Source: a virus
Lineage: Duplodnaviria > Caudoviricetes
DNA: 64,000 nucleotides
Virus record (IMG/VR): IMGVR_UViG_3300015607_004593
Coordinates: 157,971 to 221,970 of that record
Direction: 5' to 3' (one strand)
Part shown: positions 48,134 to 57,655 of the stretch, one piece after another
Layout of the letters: each line of letters opens with the position of its first letter
Position numbering within the stretch: the first letter of the stretch is position 1
Notes under the pieces: model-generated
Told to the model about the DNA's origin: nothing
Database searches by the model: none
What the model saw: only the letters and a program-made list of their open reading frames with translations
Program-made: the position numbers and the translations under genes

Positions 48134-48205
48134 TTTTTAATTTCCTCTTTTTAAGAAAAAGTTGGATGGAAAGAAATAGTTCTTTCCATCCTTTTTATTG
48201 AAACA

Positions 48206-48886
48206 TCATACATTCAAAACTTTCATCGGTATTTCTTTAACTCCATTCGCTATCGCGGCTTTGATGGTTGAAAAACCATCAATAATTTGATAGTAATGTT
48301 CATCATCACTAACCCTTATCCTTAAAACCTTTGGTATAGTGAAAGCAACTTGAAAGAAAGATGTAGAACATTCTTCTATCCTTTTTGGATAGGAGGGTTT
48401 AGTATCCATATTCAAAAATATAGAAAAGAAATTCTTTTCATTTAGAACAACATTTTGGAAATCCTTTATTGTAGCAAAAGTAGAAATAATTTGCTGAAGA
48501 TTATAATAACCAAAAATTTTTTCTACAACATGAACTTGATGATCAGTTCCCGGATTGCGAATAAAAATGCAATTATCAGGAATATCTAAAGAAAATTTAT
48601 TCTGATTTATAGATATGAATTGAGAAGAACAAATAAGAGCTTTATTTCGTTTAAAGAAATAGGTAGACATATCATAATTTTTTTCATGTCTATTTTTTTC
48701 TTCTATGAATTCATCCCTTAATCCTATAAAAACTTCTTCAAGAAATTCCTTTGTGTATGGCATAAACATAAACGAAGGAAATTTATTTTCTAATAAGAAC
48801 GTTTTTACATCCGCTGTTCCGTCAAATAGATTTATAGGATAAACATTATCGAAAGAATTGTTAGTTATAAACAATTTATATTTCAT
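48206..48886 (-). CDS. Hypothetical protein with degenerate ParB/Srx-like C-terminus
   Basis: YQIIDGFSTIKAAIANGVKEIPMKV. Confidence 0.5.
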   Translation of the reverse strand: MKYKLFITNNSFDNVYPINLFDGTADVKTFLLENKFPSFMFMPYTKEFLEEVFIGLRDEFIEEKNRHEKNYDMSTYFFKRNKALICSSQFISINQNKFSLDIPDNCIFIRNPGTDHQVHVVEKIFGYYNLQQIISTFATIKDFQNVVLNEKNFFSIFLNMDTKPSYPKRIEECSTSFFQVAFTIPKVLRIRVSDDEHYYQIIDGFSTIKAAIANGVKEIPMKVLNV

Positions 48887-49015
48887 AGCTCATATTCCTC
48901 TTCAAAACAACATTTTCAAAAAAACCACTTTTCTGAAAAAGTGGTTTTGACGGGTGCCTTTTCGTGAAGGGTGTGAACCATCAAGAATTCACACCATCAT
49001 CTTCATACGCACATT

Positions 49016-49369
49016 TTACATGATTTGAAACTTCATGTGTGGGGAATTTATCGCCAAATCAATAATTTTTTCCGCGTTGGCCGGGGTAAAAACTTCAATA
49101 ATTTTTTCGCCGATTTTAAATTTACCCTTCAATTTCATCAGACGTTGTACAAGGGCTTCTTTTACTTTCAGAAAATCTGAACTCTTAAATTTCGCAGCGG
49201 GTTTGAATGTAATTGTACTTTTATCAGGAGATACAGAATAGTATAAATCAGAGGTTTGAGGTTGAACAGCAGAAGCTGGTTTTTTATCAGGAACTTTCTC
49301 AAAATCCCTTGCCCATTCTAAATCAGACCTATCAGCTTCTAAAATTAAAAATTGTTTAAATGTCATCAT
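49016..49369 (-). CDS. Candidate internal head protein
   Basis: MMTFKQFLILE N-terminus; AATAAATA upstream. Confidence 0.5.
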   Translation of the reverse strand: MMTFKQFLILEADRSDLEWARDFEKVPDKKPASAVQPQTSDLYYSVSPDKSTITFKPAAKFKSSDFLKVKEALVQRLMKLKGKFKIGEKIIEVFTPANAEKIIDLAINSPHMKFQIM

Positions 49370-49991
49370 TGTAGTTTATTTCCTTTTTATAATGATTAAA
49401 AATCCTAATCTTTTTTATTAATGAGAATTGTAATTTATTTATTTTCTTCCAAATTGTAAAAGACAATCCCATGAAAAACATAAATTATTATTTACATAAA
49501 ATAAATTTGAGATAGTAGTGTCTTTTTCAAACATATTATGAAGTAGAATTATCTCAATAAAGATGATGAAAAGAAAAAAAAATCATTCCTATATTTTTTA
49601 TTTTCAAAAAAGAGTCCTTTCTTTTTAAGAAAAAAGAAAAGGGAAATACTAAATTAATAGTATTTCCCTTTTTCATAATCATTCTAAATCATGGTAATTG
49701 ACAATAGTAATTGAATCTTTATCAAGAGAAAAAATATCAATAGATTTAAATATGTCATACCCAATAGATAGGTCTAATATAAAAAATACAAACAATAAAA
49801 CAAACATAGTTTTCTCAAGTTTACTCATAACAACTATCTCCTTTCTTCAGGTTAAAAAGACGGGTTTAAACATTTTTCTCTTCTCTATATTTAAAAAATG
49901 AATAACACAAGAAATATAAACAATAAAACGAACAAAATGATTTTTTCATAGTTAGTCATAACAACTATATCCTTTTTTCTCTTTTATGACA

Positions 49992-52073
49992 TTATTGTAC
50001 AACATCTTCAATATAATCTATTTGTTCTTTAGTCAAAGAGAAATATTCAAATAAATCTTCATTTGACCACATTCTACTCAAATCCATTTTAGGTAAAAAT
50101 CTAAGTTGTAAACCATCTAATGTTCTAGAAGTAAATGTTTTTAAGAAGATAGCTAAGAATAATTTACTTCTAAAAAGACTTTCTAATACTTTACCTTCCA
50201 TTTCATTTTCAACAATCATTGATCTATAAATTTTTCCTGTAGAAACACCCGGCGGACAATACCAAATAGATTTTAAAACATCAGCATTATAACCATGGAG
50301 ATAACGAGCTATAATTTTATGTTTGTCCGTATGTTCTCCTCGAAAATTTCCTTTTTCAATTCTACAATAATGAGGATTTATTAATGTCACCATTTGACAA
50401 TCCTCTTCAACACATTCTTCAGGTTTAAACAAATAATCACTCTTACTAAAATAATCATTTGAGAGTTTAGAAGAAATATTAGAAATGATAGACTTTAATA
50501 TTTCTTCTTTAAAAATAACATCATCAACTTTACAATTATAAGATTTATTTAAATTTACAACAGAAGTATTTTCAATATCTTTTGATGCTTTATCTACAAT
50601 AAAATAAAGTGTAGTTTGTTGAATAGGAAATGTTGATTGTGGAAGAAAAACTACTTTTGATAAACCAAGCCTTATTAATTTTTTTCTTAATTCAGAATAA
50701 CGTTCAGAAACAGCAAATGATTGAGTAACTACCATTGAAAAAATACTATCTTTCTTTAAGAGAGGTAAAGAAATATCTATAAATTTATCCCATATAACAT
50801 TTGCTGCTTTTGAACCATCCGTGTAAGGGGGATTTCCCACAACAACATCAAATTGTTTTGAACCTAGATAAAATGAATCATCTAATGAGTAAGGATTATT
50901 ATCATCCAAAAGAATAACCTCAGAAAAATAATTTAATGATTTAAGAAAAGAAATATAATAAGGATTACTTTCTATTAAAGTAATATTAGAATCAGGATAT
51001 TTAACTTTAAGTAATAAAGGTAATATTCCTGAAAGAGAATTCCATACTAATATATTTTTTCTTGGTTTTCCATCCTTTGATAGAGAATCAACTATTTCTT
51101 GAGCTAAGGTGAAAGGAATATATACTGTTTCTGTTTCTATTTTCCATGAATAATTTATTGAATAACTTTTTACAAATTCTATTATATCAGAAAGAAATAA
51201 AGATTTCATTTCTGAATATTTTTCTTCTAGTTCTCCAAGAAAAATAGAATAAAGGTTTTCATCAGAAAATAAGTAATTAAAATTAATTATTCCTAAGATA
51301 GTAGGAAACAATCTAAATGAATCTAATTTTTCATTTCCTGAACCATTTTCTATAATTTCTTGAAATGATTTTTTATTCATGATTCCGTAATAAAGTAATT
51401 CTCTTAAAAAGATATGAAACCTTATACTATGATTTGAACAATCATCTTTGAATAAGGAACAATCAATTTTTCTTTTTTTATCAAGGTTTAATACATCTTT
51501 AGCAGATTCAATAAAATTTAAACTATCACCATTACTTTTTTGATTATAGAAATGAGTAGAATTATTCAAAAAAATAGAACTTCTTCTCACATTTTCAAGT
51601 TGAAAAAGTTCATTTTCTCTATTTTTTGCATCTTGAGGAAAAAGAAAACATCTATCTATGCCTATAAAATCAGGTGGCCCATCAATATTTCTCTTTTCTT
51701 TAACATCCTTTGAAGAAGTAAAATAACTATTAAACAAATCAGAGGGGTATCTGTTAGTAGTTGATACCCCTATATACTTTATATTATCTTTTTTCCAAAG
51801 AAGTCCATAAGTATAACAAATTCTATCTATCTTATCCCCGAATATTTTTTTTATTTCATTCTTTGAAAGATGAACCATAGCAAAATCATTTTCGTAATCC
51901 ATACCAAGAATTTTAGCAGCTTCTTCTAATGTAGTATCTTCATTAAAAGAATTTAATATAATTCCTTTTTTTAAATGAGAAAGAAATAAATCAGGGTTTT
52001 TGGGAATTTTAATAAGATAACTTGCTCTTGGAAAAATATAAGTGTAAAAACTATTTTCAAATGCAAAAAACAT
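49992..52073 (-). CDS. Amino-DNA methyltransferase (Eco57I-like) with N-terminal GIY-YIG-like domain
   Basis: FDVVVGNPPY, WDKFI; N-terminal YTY.L....KYIGV...YFTSSKDVK. Confidence 0.75.
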   Translation of the reverse strand: MFFAFENSFYTYIFPRASYLIKIPKNPDLFLSHLKKGIILNSFNEDTTLEEAAKILGMDYENDFAMVHLSKNEIKKIFGDKIDRICYTYGLLWKKDNIKYIGVSTTNRYPSDLFNSYFTSSKDVKEKRNIDGPPDFIGIDRCFLFPQDAKNRENELFQLENVRRSSIFLNNSTHFYNQKSNGDSLNFIESAKDVLNLDKKRKIDCSLFKDDCSNHSIRFHIFLRELLYYGIMNKKSFQEIIENGSGNEKLDSFRLFPTILGIINFNYLFSDENLYSIFLGELEEKYSEMKSLFLSDIIEFVKSYSINYSWKIETETVYIPFTLAQEIVDSLSKDGKPRKNILVWNSLSGILPLLLKVKYPDSNITLIESNPYYISFLKSLNYFSEVILLDDNNPYSLDDSFYLGSKQFDVVVGNPPYTDGSKAANVIWDKFIDISLPLLKKDSIFSMVVTQSFAVSERYSELRKKLIRLGLSKVVFLPQSTFPIQQTTLYFIVDKASKDIENTSVVNLNKSYNCKVDDVIFKEEILKSIISNISSKLSNDYFSKSDYLFKPEECVEEDCQMVTLINPHYCRIEKGNFRGEHTDKHKIIARYLHGYNADVLKSIWYCPPGVSTGKIYRSMIVENEMEGKVLESLFRSKLFLAIFLKTFTSRTLDGLQLRFLPKMDLSRMWSNEDLFEYFSLTKEQIDYIEDVVQ

Positions 52074-52106
52074 ATTATTTCTTTCTCTTTTTCTATGTTT
52101 GTTTTT

Positions 52107-52799
52107 TTATAAAAAAACATTTACATTAGTATTAAGATTAACATCATTAATTTCTTCTTTTTTACTTTTTACATGCTTTTGTTGAAAGGATTCTTTTTTA
52201 TTACACCCTTCCATTTGTTTATTTTTTTCAAATTCTTCTTCACCGTCATCATAAAGGAAAGAAAAGGTTGAATTAGGTACAGCACCATTTATTTTGTTTT
52301 GTTTATTTTGTTCTTCTCTCTGTTGTTCAAATTCTAAACATATACGTTTCTTTATCTCATGTTCCTTTGAATTTTCATCAAAACGAAAATCAAAATGAAG
52401 AGCATTTCCATGATAGATATTTTTTTCTACAATATCCTTTAACTTTTGATAGTCATGACCACAAAGAAGCCTTTCTCTACAACGTTTAACATTATCTTCC
52501 ATTAGGTCTATTCCAAAGAGTGTAGAAAGAGCGGTTTCAAAATCTATTCCATTTTCTAATTTACGGATAAGAATTTCAGAAAGAAATTGTCCATCGCCGC
52601 AAGATGGGTCACAAAAAGTTTTAAGAGGGTCTTTAAAGATTCTAGGACAAAGAGATTCTAATTCATCTAATATATTATTAACTACATTTGTTGGTGTAAA
52701 AACTTCTGATGTTTGTCTTATTCTTTCCTTTGACCTATCCACCCCTGACATGAAATCTAATGATCTAATATGATTTTTGCATTGTTCTATAAAGTTCAT
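52107..52799 (-). CDS. SAM-binding methyltransferase fragment-like protein
   Basis: EVFTP, DPSCGDGQFL, GIDL, GNAL; no NPPY. Confidence 0.75.
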   Translation of the reverse strand: MNFIEQCKNHIRSLDFMSGVDRSKERIRQTSEVFTPTNVVNNILDELESLCPRIFKDPLKTFCDPSCGDGQFLSEILIRKLENGIDFETALSTLFGIDLMEDNVKRCRERLLCGHDYQKLKDIVEKNIYHGNALHFDFRFDENSKEHEIKKRICLEFEQQREEQNKQNKINGAVPNSTFSFLYDDGEEEFEKNKQMEGCNKKESFQQKHVKSKKEEINDVNLNTNVNVFL

Positions 52800-52874
52800 T
52801 TTGATGAATACCTTTTTTATTTGGTTAAAGAAACCGAAAAAAGGAGAAAGAAAATTAATTCTTTCTCCTTTTTT

Positions 52875-53072
52875 TTATAAAAACAAAGAAAATTGATGAA
52901 TGAATAATTTTATCCAACAACGGTCTATTGTTTTTATAGTAACTGCTGAACCTTTATCAAAAGTAAAGCAGTCATAAAAATAATAGAAGGCGATATAAAA
53001 CAATATAAATCCCAAAAGAAAAGACAATAGAAATACTGGTATTTTTTTTCGTTTTTTTTCAACTTGATTCAT
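52875..53072 (-). CDS. Small membrane protein
   Basis: Single TM segment. Confidence 0.45.
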   Translation of the reverse strand: MNQVEKKRKKIPVFLLSFLLGFILFYIAFYYFYDCFTFDKGSAVTIKTIDRCWIKLFIHQFSLFL

Positions 53073-53135
53073 TTTGAAAACCCTCTTGAAAATTCACCTC
53101 TCGGATACAATTTTACTACATTTCCCCCTAGAAAA

Positions 53136-53957
53136 TCAATTTTTTACAATTTTCAAAGGTGAGCTTCCAACAACGTTTTTTTCTGAAGGATAACCGAGAG
53201 GGTTGCAGATGATGGTTGTATAATCATACTTATAATAAAGGTTATGATGTGTATGCCCATGTATCCACAAGGAAGGTTTCAAATCTGAGATTTCTTGGTT
53301 TAAATTTGAATAAAAATTTTTATTAAAAATCCTTGATAAAGGATCAATTAGATAAGAAAAATCAATACTATTGATTAAAGGTAGATGATGAGTGATAACA
53401 ATATCTCCTTCTTTAATTTCTCCTTTCAACCAATCTAATGATTTTTTAAATTCTTCATAGATGAAATTAGAATCAATAAAACCATTATAGTTATTTTTAG
53501 AAGAAATTGTTTTAATAACTTTATAGTCCATTAATCCTCTTTCTATTATATTTTTTTCCGTGAGTTTATCTGTTTTAGTATCTGACCAAAGCGTGGTGCC
53601 TAGAAATCTTTTTCCATCAATGATACAAACATCCTTTTCTAAAAAAAGGATGTTCTCAAATTCCTTTAGAGCATCTTTAATGATATTTGGTGTTTCTTCA
53701 AAAATTTGAAAATAATATTCATGATTTCCTGCTATCATAATAACCTTATAGAAATTTTTAGAAATAATTCTAAAAAATCTTTGAAATAACTCAGTCTTAA
53801 AAAATTTACTTTCACCTATATCTCCACTCATTATCAAAATACGATTGTCTTTTCTTTCTTCATCTTCATCTTCTTCAAAGAAAGAAAGAATATATTCACC
53901 ATACCCTTCTTTTTCCCAAATGTCTAAATGAAGGTCAGAAATAATATTCAATTCCAT
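53136..53957 (-). CDS. Metallophosphoesterase
   Basis: SDLH, SGD, GNHE, THHLP, HGHTH, CNPLGY. Confidence 0.9.
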   Translation of the reverse strand: MELNIISDLHLDIWEKEGYGEYILSFFEEDEDEERKDNRILIMSGDIGESKFFKTELFQRFFRIISKNFYKVIMIAGNHEYYFQIFEETPNIIKDALKEFENILFLEKDVCIIDGKRFLGTTLWSDTKTDKLTEKNIIERGLMDYKVIKTISSKNNYNGFIDSNFIYEEFKKSLDWLKGEIKEGDIVITHHLPLINSIDFSYLIDPLSRIFNKNFYSNLNQEISDLKPSLWIHGHTHHNLYYKYDYTTIICNPLGYPSEKNVVGSSPLKIVKN

Positions 53958-54189
53958 AAAAGTCTCTCTCTAAAAAAAATTATAAAAAAATGTAACATTA
54001 TGTTATCATAAATTATTTAATATGTCTAATTTTTAACCAAAAAGAAAACGGCAAAGAGTTTGTTATACCCTTTGCCGTTAAAATAAAATCCCTTAAAAGA
54101 AAACATCCATGTTTATGAGGAAATCCATTCCTCGTTCTTCCTTGCCTTAAACTCATCTCCCTTATAACTTTTATTTATGAAAATAATTT

Positions 54190-54720
54190 TTAAAAATGAC
54201 TAAATCCTGAGAAATTTATTTTTTTCTTTTTAATTTTTTCATCTTTTTTATCTTCTTCAGTTATAGCAACAATTGGATTTATCATTGAACAATCTGTAGA
54301 TAAAGATGATAGCGGAGAAGAAATATTTTTTGAAAGAATAGAGATATTCGGTTTTTCACATTTAGAATTATTAGAATTATTCAAAGAAGAAGGGCATGAA
54401 ACTTGAACTTTAGTTTCTTCAATAAAAATAATAGTATCTTTAAGAGGAACAAAAACTCTTTCATTTAAGATAACTTCTATTGAGAATGGATATTCCTCGC
54501 TTCTTAATAAAATTGTTTTCAATAAATCTTCAGGTAAAAGAACTTCTAAATTTTCTTCATTATTTAATGAACAAGCAAATCTCAATGAAAATCCTTTTGG
54601 AGTGAATAAATTAAAAAATATCTCAACATTCTCAAAATTCTCAGATGTTTCTATCTTTAATTCAAATTGAAGAATTATCATTCCATTGACTGTACAATTA
54701 AATGGGTCTACCTTAATCAT
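54190..54720 (-). CDS. Hypothetical protein
   Basis: ORF at end of structural operon. Confidence 0.5.
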   Translation of the reverse strand: MIKVDPFNCTVNGMIILQFELKIETSENFENVEIFFNLFTPKGFSLRFACSLNNEENLEVLLPEDLLKTILLRSEEYPFSIEVILNERVFVPLKDTIIFIEETKVQVSCPSSLNNSNNSKCEKPNISILSKNISSPLSSLSTDCSMINPIVAITEEDKKDEKIKKKKINFSGFSHF

Positions 54721-54728
54721 AATTTTTT

Positions 54729-55112
54729 TTATATCTCCTTTTTTCTAATTTTAATTGGTAAAGAAATATCTTTTTTCTTATTTCTAAAAAGAACAGAAAA
54801 ATTAATTTTTGGTTTTTTATAAGATAAAAGTGAAGATATAAAAGAAACAATAAAAGAAACCAAAATATTTTCTTTATAAAAGATAAACTCTTTCTTTACA
54901 CTCTTATTATAATAATTTATTTTAAAAATTATTTTCTTTTCTTGTTGTTGAATTGAAGAAAAAGAAGAACCACCTGAAGGTTGAGTTACTTCATTTTCTT
55001 GAATCTCTAAAGAAAATGAGATACCTAGAAGAGCTATTTCTTTAAAAAAAGTTACTTCTGAAGGTAAGACACCTTCAAGAGCAAGAAATAAATGAGTTGG
55101 AACAGACGACAT
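54729..55112 (-). CDS. Hypothetical protein
   Basis: ORF in structural operon. Confidence 0.5.
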   Translation of the reverse strand: MSSVPTHLFLALEGVLPSEVTFFKEIALLGISFSLEIQENEVTQPSGGSSFSSIQQQEKKIIFKINYYNKSVKKEFIFYKENILVSFIVSFISSLLSYKKPKINFSVLFRNKKKDISLPIKIRKKEI

Positions 55113-55119
55113 TTATTTT

Positions 55120-55911
55120 TTATGTTCTTGATATGATTGTTCTTGATTCATTAGAATCAATAGTTTGATTAATATCACCTGCTACTCTTGATGTCTTAGT
55201 TACTACTAAAGGTTTTGTCATATCTAAACCATAGAGATTATAAATTTCTTTTAACATAAGAGCTTGAGGTGAATCTAATCCCATTCCATTTTGAAGAACC
55301 ATGATATGTTTTAATTCAGGTTCTAATTCAAGTCTAATATTTGAAGGTAATTCATCAATTTTATCTTGAATATCAATCAAGCTATTTTCTAAAGTATCTG
55401 TATAATTTTTAATGGTTGTTGTGTCTGTTTTTATAGATGAAACTAATTGACCAAATGTTCCGGGTGAACTATAAGAAGATTGAGAGGCGTTCCAAATTGC
55501 ATCTCTTAATTCAAGAGTTGTATTTCCACTTCCACCTGAAGAAGAACCACTTGTTGTAATTGTGTCTATAAGATTAGAGACAGTAAGCATGATTCTAACA
55601 TTAAAATTTCCTACTGTAGAAATGAAAGGGTCGCTTCCATCTCTTGAATAAAGATTTCCCGAAACAATAAGAGTATGATTTTCTTCTGATGGTCTAATTT
55701 TCCAATCATTTTCTAAGAAATAAGTTGTACCAAGATACCTACCACCTGGTAAAGGGTCGCCCCCTAAGACAGAAATAGCTTCAAGAAATTTTGAATTATT
55801 GTCTGTAAGAGTCCATTCCTTCCATGAAGAATAAAGTTCTTTCATAACTATAGATGTGGTTCCTAAAGAAAGGGAAATAATCTTTGAAGAACCATCAAAA
55901 GAAAAACTCAT
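55120..55911 (-). CDS. Putative virion structural protein
   Basis: S/G/T-rich; N-domain shared with 56209-57621. Confidence 0.55.
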   Translation of the reverse strand: MSFSFDGSSKIISLSLGTTSIVMKELYSSWKEWTLTDNNSKFLEAISVLGGDPLPGGRYLGTTYFLENDWKIRPSEENHTLIVSGNLYSRDGSDPFISTVGNFNVRIMLTVSNLIDTITTSGSSSGGSGNTTLELRDAIWNASQSSYSSPGTFGQLVSSIKTDTTTIKNYTDTLENSLIDIQDKIDELPSNIRLELEPELKHIMVLQNGMGLDSPQALMLKEIYNLYGLDMTKPLVVTKTSRVAGDINQTIDSNESRTIISRT

Positions 55912-56186
55912 TTAAGAGATACTCCGATATTTTTTTCATTTGCAGTAAAAAGAGAGTTTCTTTGAGTTACAACATCAAATCCTTCAACAATTGTTTTTAA
56001 ATCTTTTTGCCCTATATCCCATGTTATTGAAAATTGATTTATAGATAAATTATTTTCATCCATAAGGTCTTTATAAGAATCTAAGATGTCTAAATGTTCT
56101 TTTTCTGCTGTGTTTGATGAACAACGAAAAAGAGCATATCTAATTTTTGATCGGTCTAAATTATTTTGTTTTACTCTATCATTCAT
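55908..56186 (-). CDS. Hypothetical protein
   Basis: Translationally coupled ORF. Confidence 0.5.
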   Translation of the reverse strand: MNDRVKQNNLDRSKIRYALFRCSSNTAEKEHLDILDSYKDLMDENNLSINQFSITWDIGQKDLKTIVEGFDVVTQRNSLFTANEKNIGVSLK

Positions 56187-56208
56187 GTTTATTAAAATTC
56201 CTTATTCT

Positions 56209-57621
56209 TTATGGATTTGAATAATTTCTTTCGAGTGTATTAGAAAGAGAAAGAGAAATAGACGTTGAACGGTTAATAGTTCCTGTAACCTTAGCAAATT
56301 GAGCCGTAGAAAGACCAAGAGCTACTAAAGTTACATCCGCGTCTGTTGCTGCTGTTCTTCCACCTTGTACATTTCCATCATAATTGAATGTTTTTGTAAC
56401 AGATGCAACGCCTGAAACATTTCCTGAAATATCTGCATTTGAATTATCTTTAACAATAATAGCGTTATCCGACCCATAAAGATTTCCGTTTGCATTTGAG
56501 AAAAATAACCAATATTTTGCAAAGGCATCATTTCTTAAATTATCACCAAAATTTATGGTTATAATTGAAACATAAGGAAATGTTCTTTTAACATTATTTT
56601 GATCATAGAATTCTAATCTATTTGTATCAGAAGCATTAAAATTATTGATATAAACACCTTGCGATGTAACTAAAGTATCTCCTACAAATTTAAGGAGTGA
56701 ATCTGCTGTTTTTCCAGTTACAGTTCCGGCTCCAGCATCAATGTCTGAATTTTGTCTTAATTGATATTGTACTTTTTCATAAATTTGTTCAGCCGTTGCT
56801 GAATTTCCTTCAATGATAACTCTAAATGGATATGAAGAACCACCAATGCTTTTTGATTGGTCTGAACCATAATAGGTAATAGTAATTCCCGAATAAGGAG
56901 CGCCGGACATTGAACCATCGGCATGGGATATTTTTAAATCTGTTGTATTACTTAAAGGAAATCTATAAGCTTGATAGGTTAAGAGTGAGACACCAATATC
57001 AGAGATTGAAGATTGAGCATATTGTTTTTGGTATTCACGGACGAATAATTTAAAATATGATCTTCTATCAAAACCATCAGCCGTTGAACCATCTCCATTA
57101 GGATCAGAATAGATTTGAATAGCTTGATTCACATTGTTTGTTAAAAGAATGTTTGAAGAAGCTCCTGATGAAACTTGTTGAAAATAAGCTTGATCTGTAT
57201 TTGCAGCAAATGAACCTAATGTAATGATACCAGCCCACATTTCAGTAGTTACGCCGGATGTATTTACAACAGCCCATCCTGATGTTCTAATCAATTCTAT
57301 TGTTTTTGCAGAAGAAGTGCCTGATGTAAAAGAAGAATCAAAATTCCATCCATTGATCAATTCAAATTGTTCATCAGTAATAGGCCCAATAGGAAAAGGA
57401 TATTTGATAAGAGTTGTATCAGTTCTCCAAATTTCTTTTAATTTTGAATAAAGACATTTTAAGGTTACACCATCGGTTGTAAGATTTCCATAAACTTTTA
57501 AGATAATCTTTTTATTGGTTGTATCCACAATAAGTTCAGAAGTTGCTGAACTTGGAGTAGAAGAAATAACATAAGAAAGAGCATCCGGGTCAATAATAGG
57601 GTTTGAAGAATAAGAAGCCAT
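56209..57621 (-). CDS. Putative virion structural protein
   Basis: 470 aa S/T/G/A-rich beta-type composition; ends ERNYSNP. Confidence 0.6.
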   Translation of the reverse strand: MASYSSNPIIDPDALSYVISSTPSSATSELIVDTTNKKIILKVYGNLTTDGVTLKCLYSKLKEIWRTDTTLIKYPFPIGPITDEQFELINGWNFDSSFTSGTSSAKTIELIRTSGWAVVNTSGVTTEMWAGIITLGSFAANTDQAYFQQVSSGASSNILLTNNVNQAIQIYSDPNGDGSTADGFDRRSYFKLFVREYQKQYAQSSISDIGVSLLTYQAYRFPLSNTTDLKISHADGSMSGAPYSGITITYYGSDQSKSIGGSSYPFRVIIEGNSATAEQIYEKVQYQLRQNSDIDAGAGTVTGKTADSLLKFVGDTLVTSQGVYINNFNASDTNRLEFYDQNNVKRTFPYVSIITINFGDNLRNDAFAKYWLFFSNANGNLYGSDNAIIVKDNSNADISGNVSGVASVTKTFNYDGNVQGGRTAATDADVTLVALGLSTAQFAKVTGTINRSTSISLSLSNTLERNYSNP

Positions 57622-57655
57622 AGATAGAAATTCTCCTTTTTTGTAATTTTATTTT

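Noticed and set aside
53960-54190. tRNA or other known RNA gene in this intergenic region
   Set aside because: Only simple hairpins are present; no cloverleaf or T-loop consensus was seen here or elsewhere in the window.
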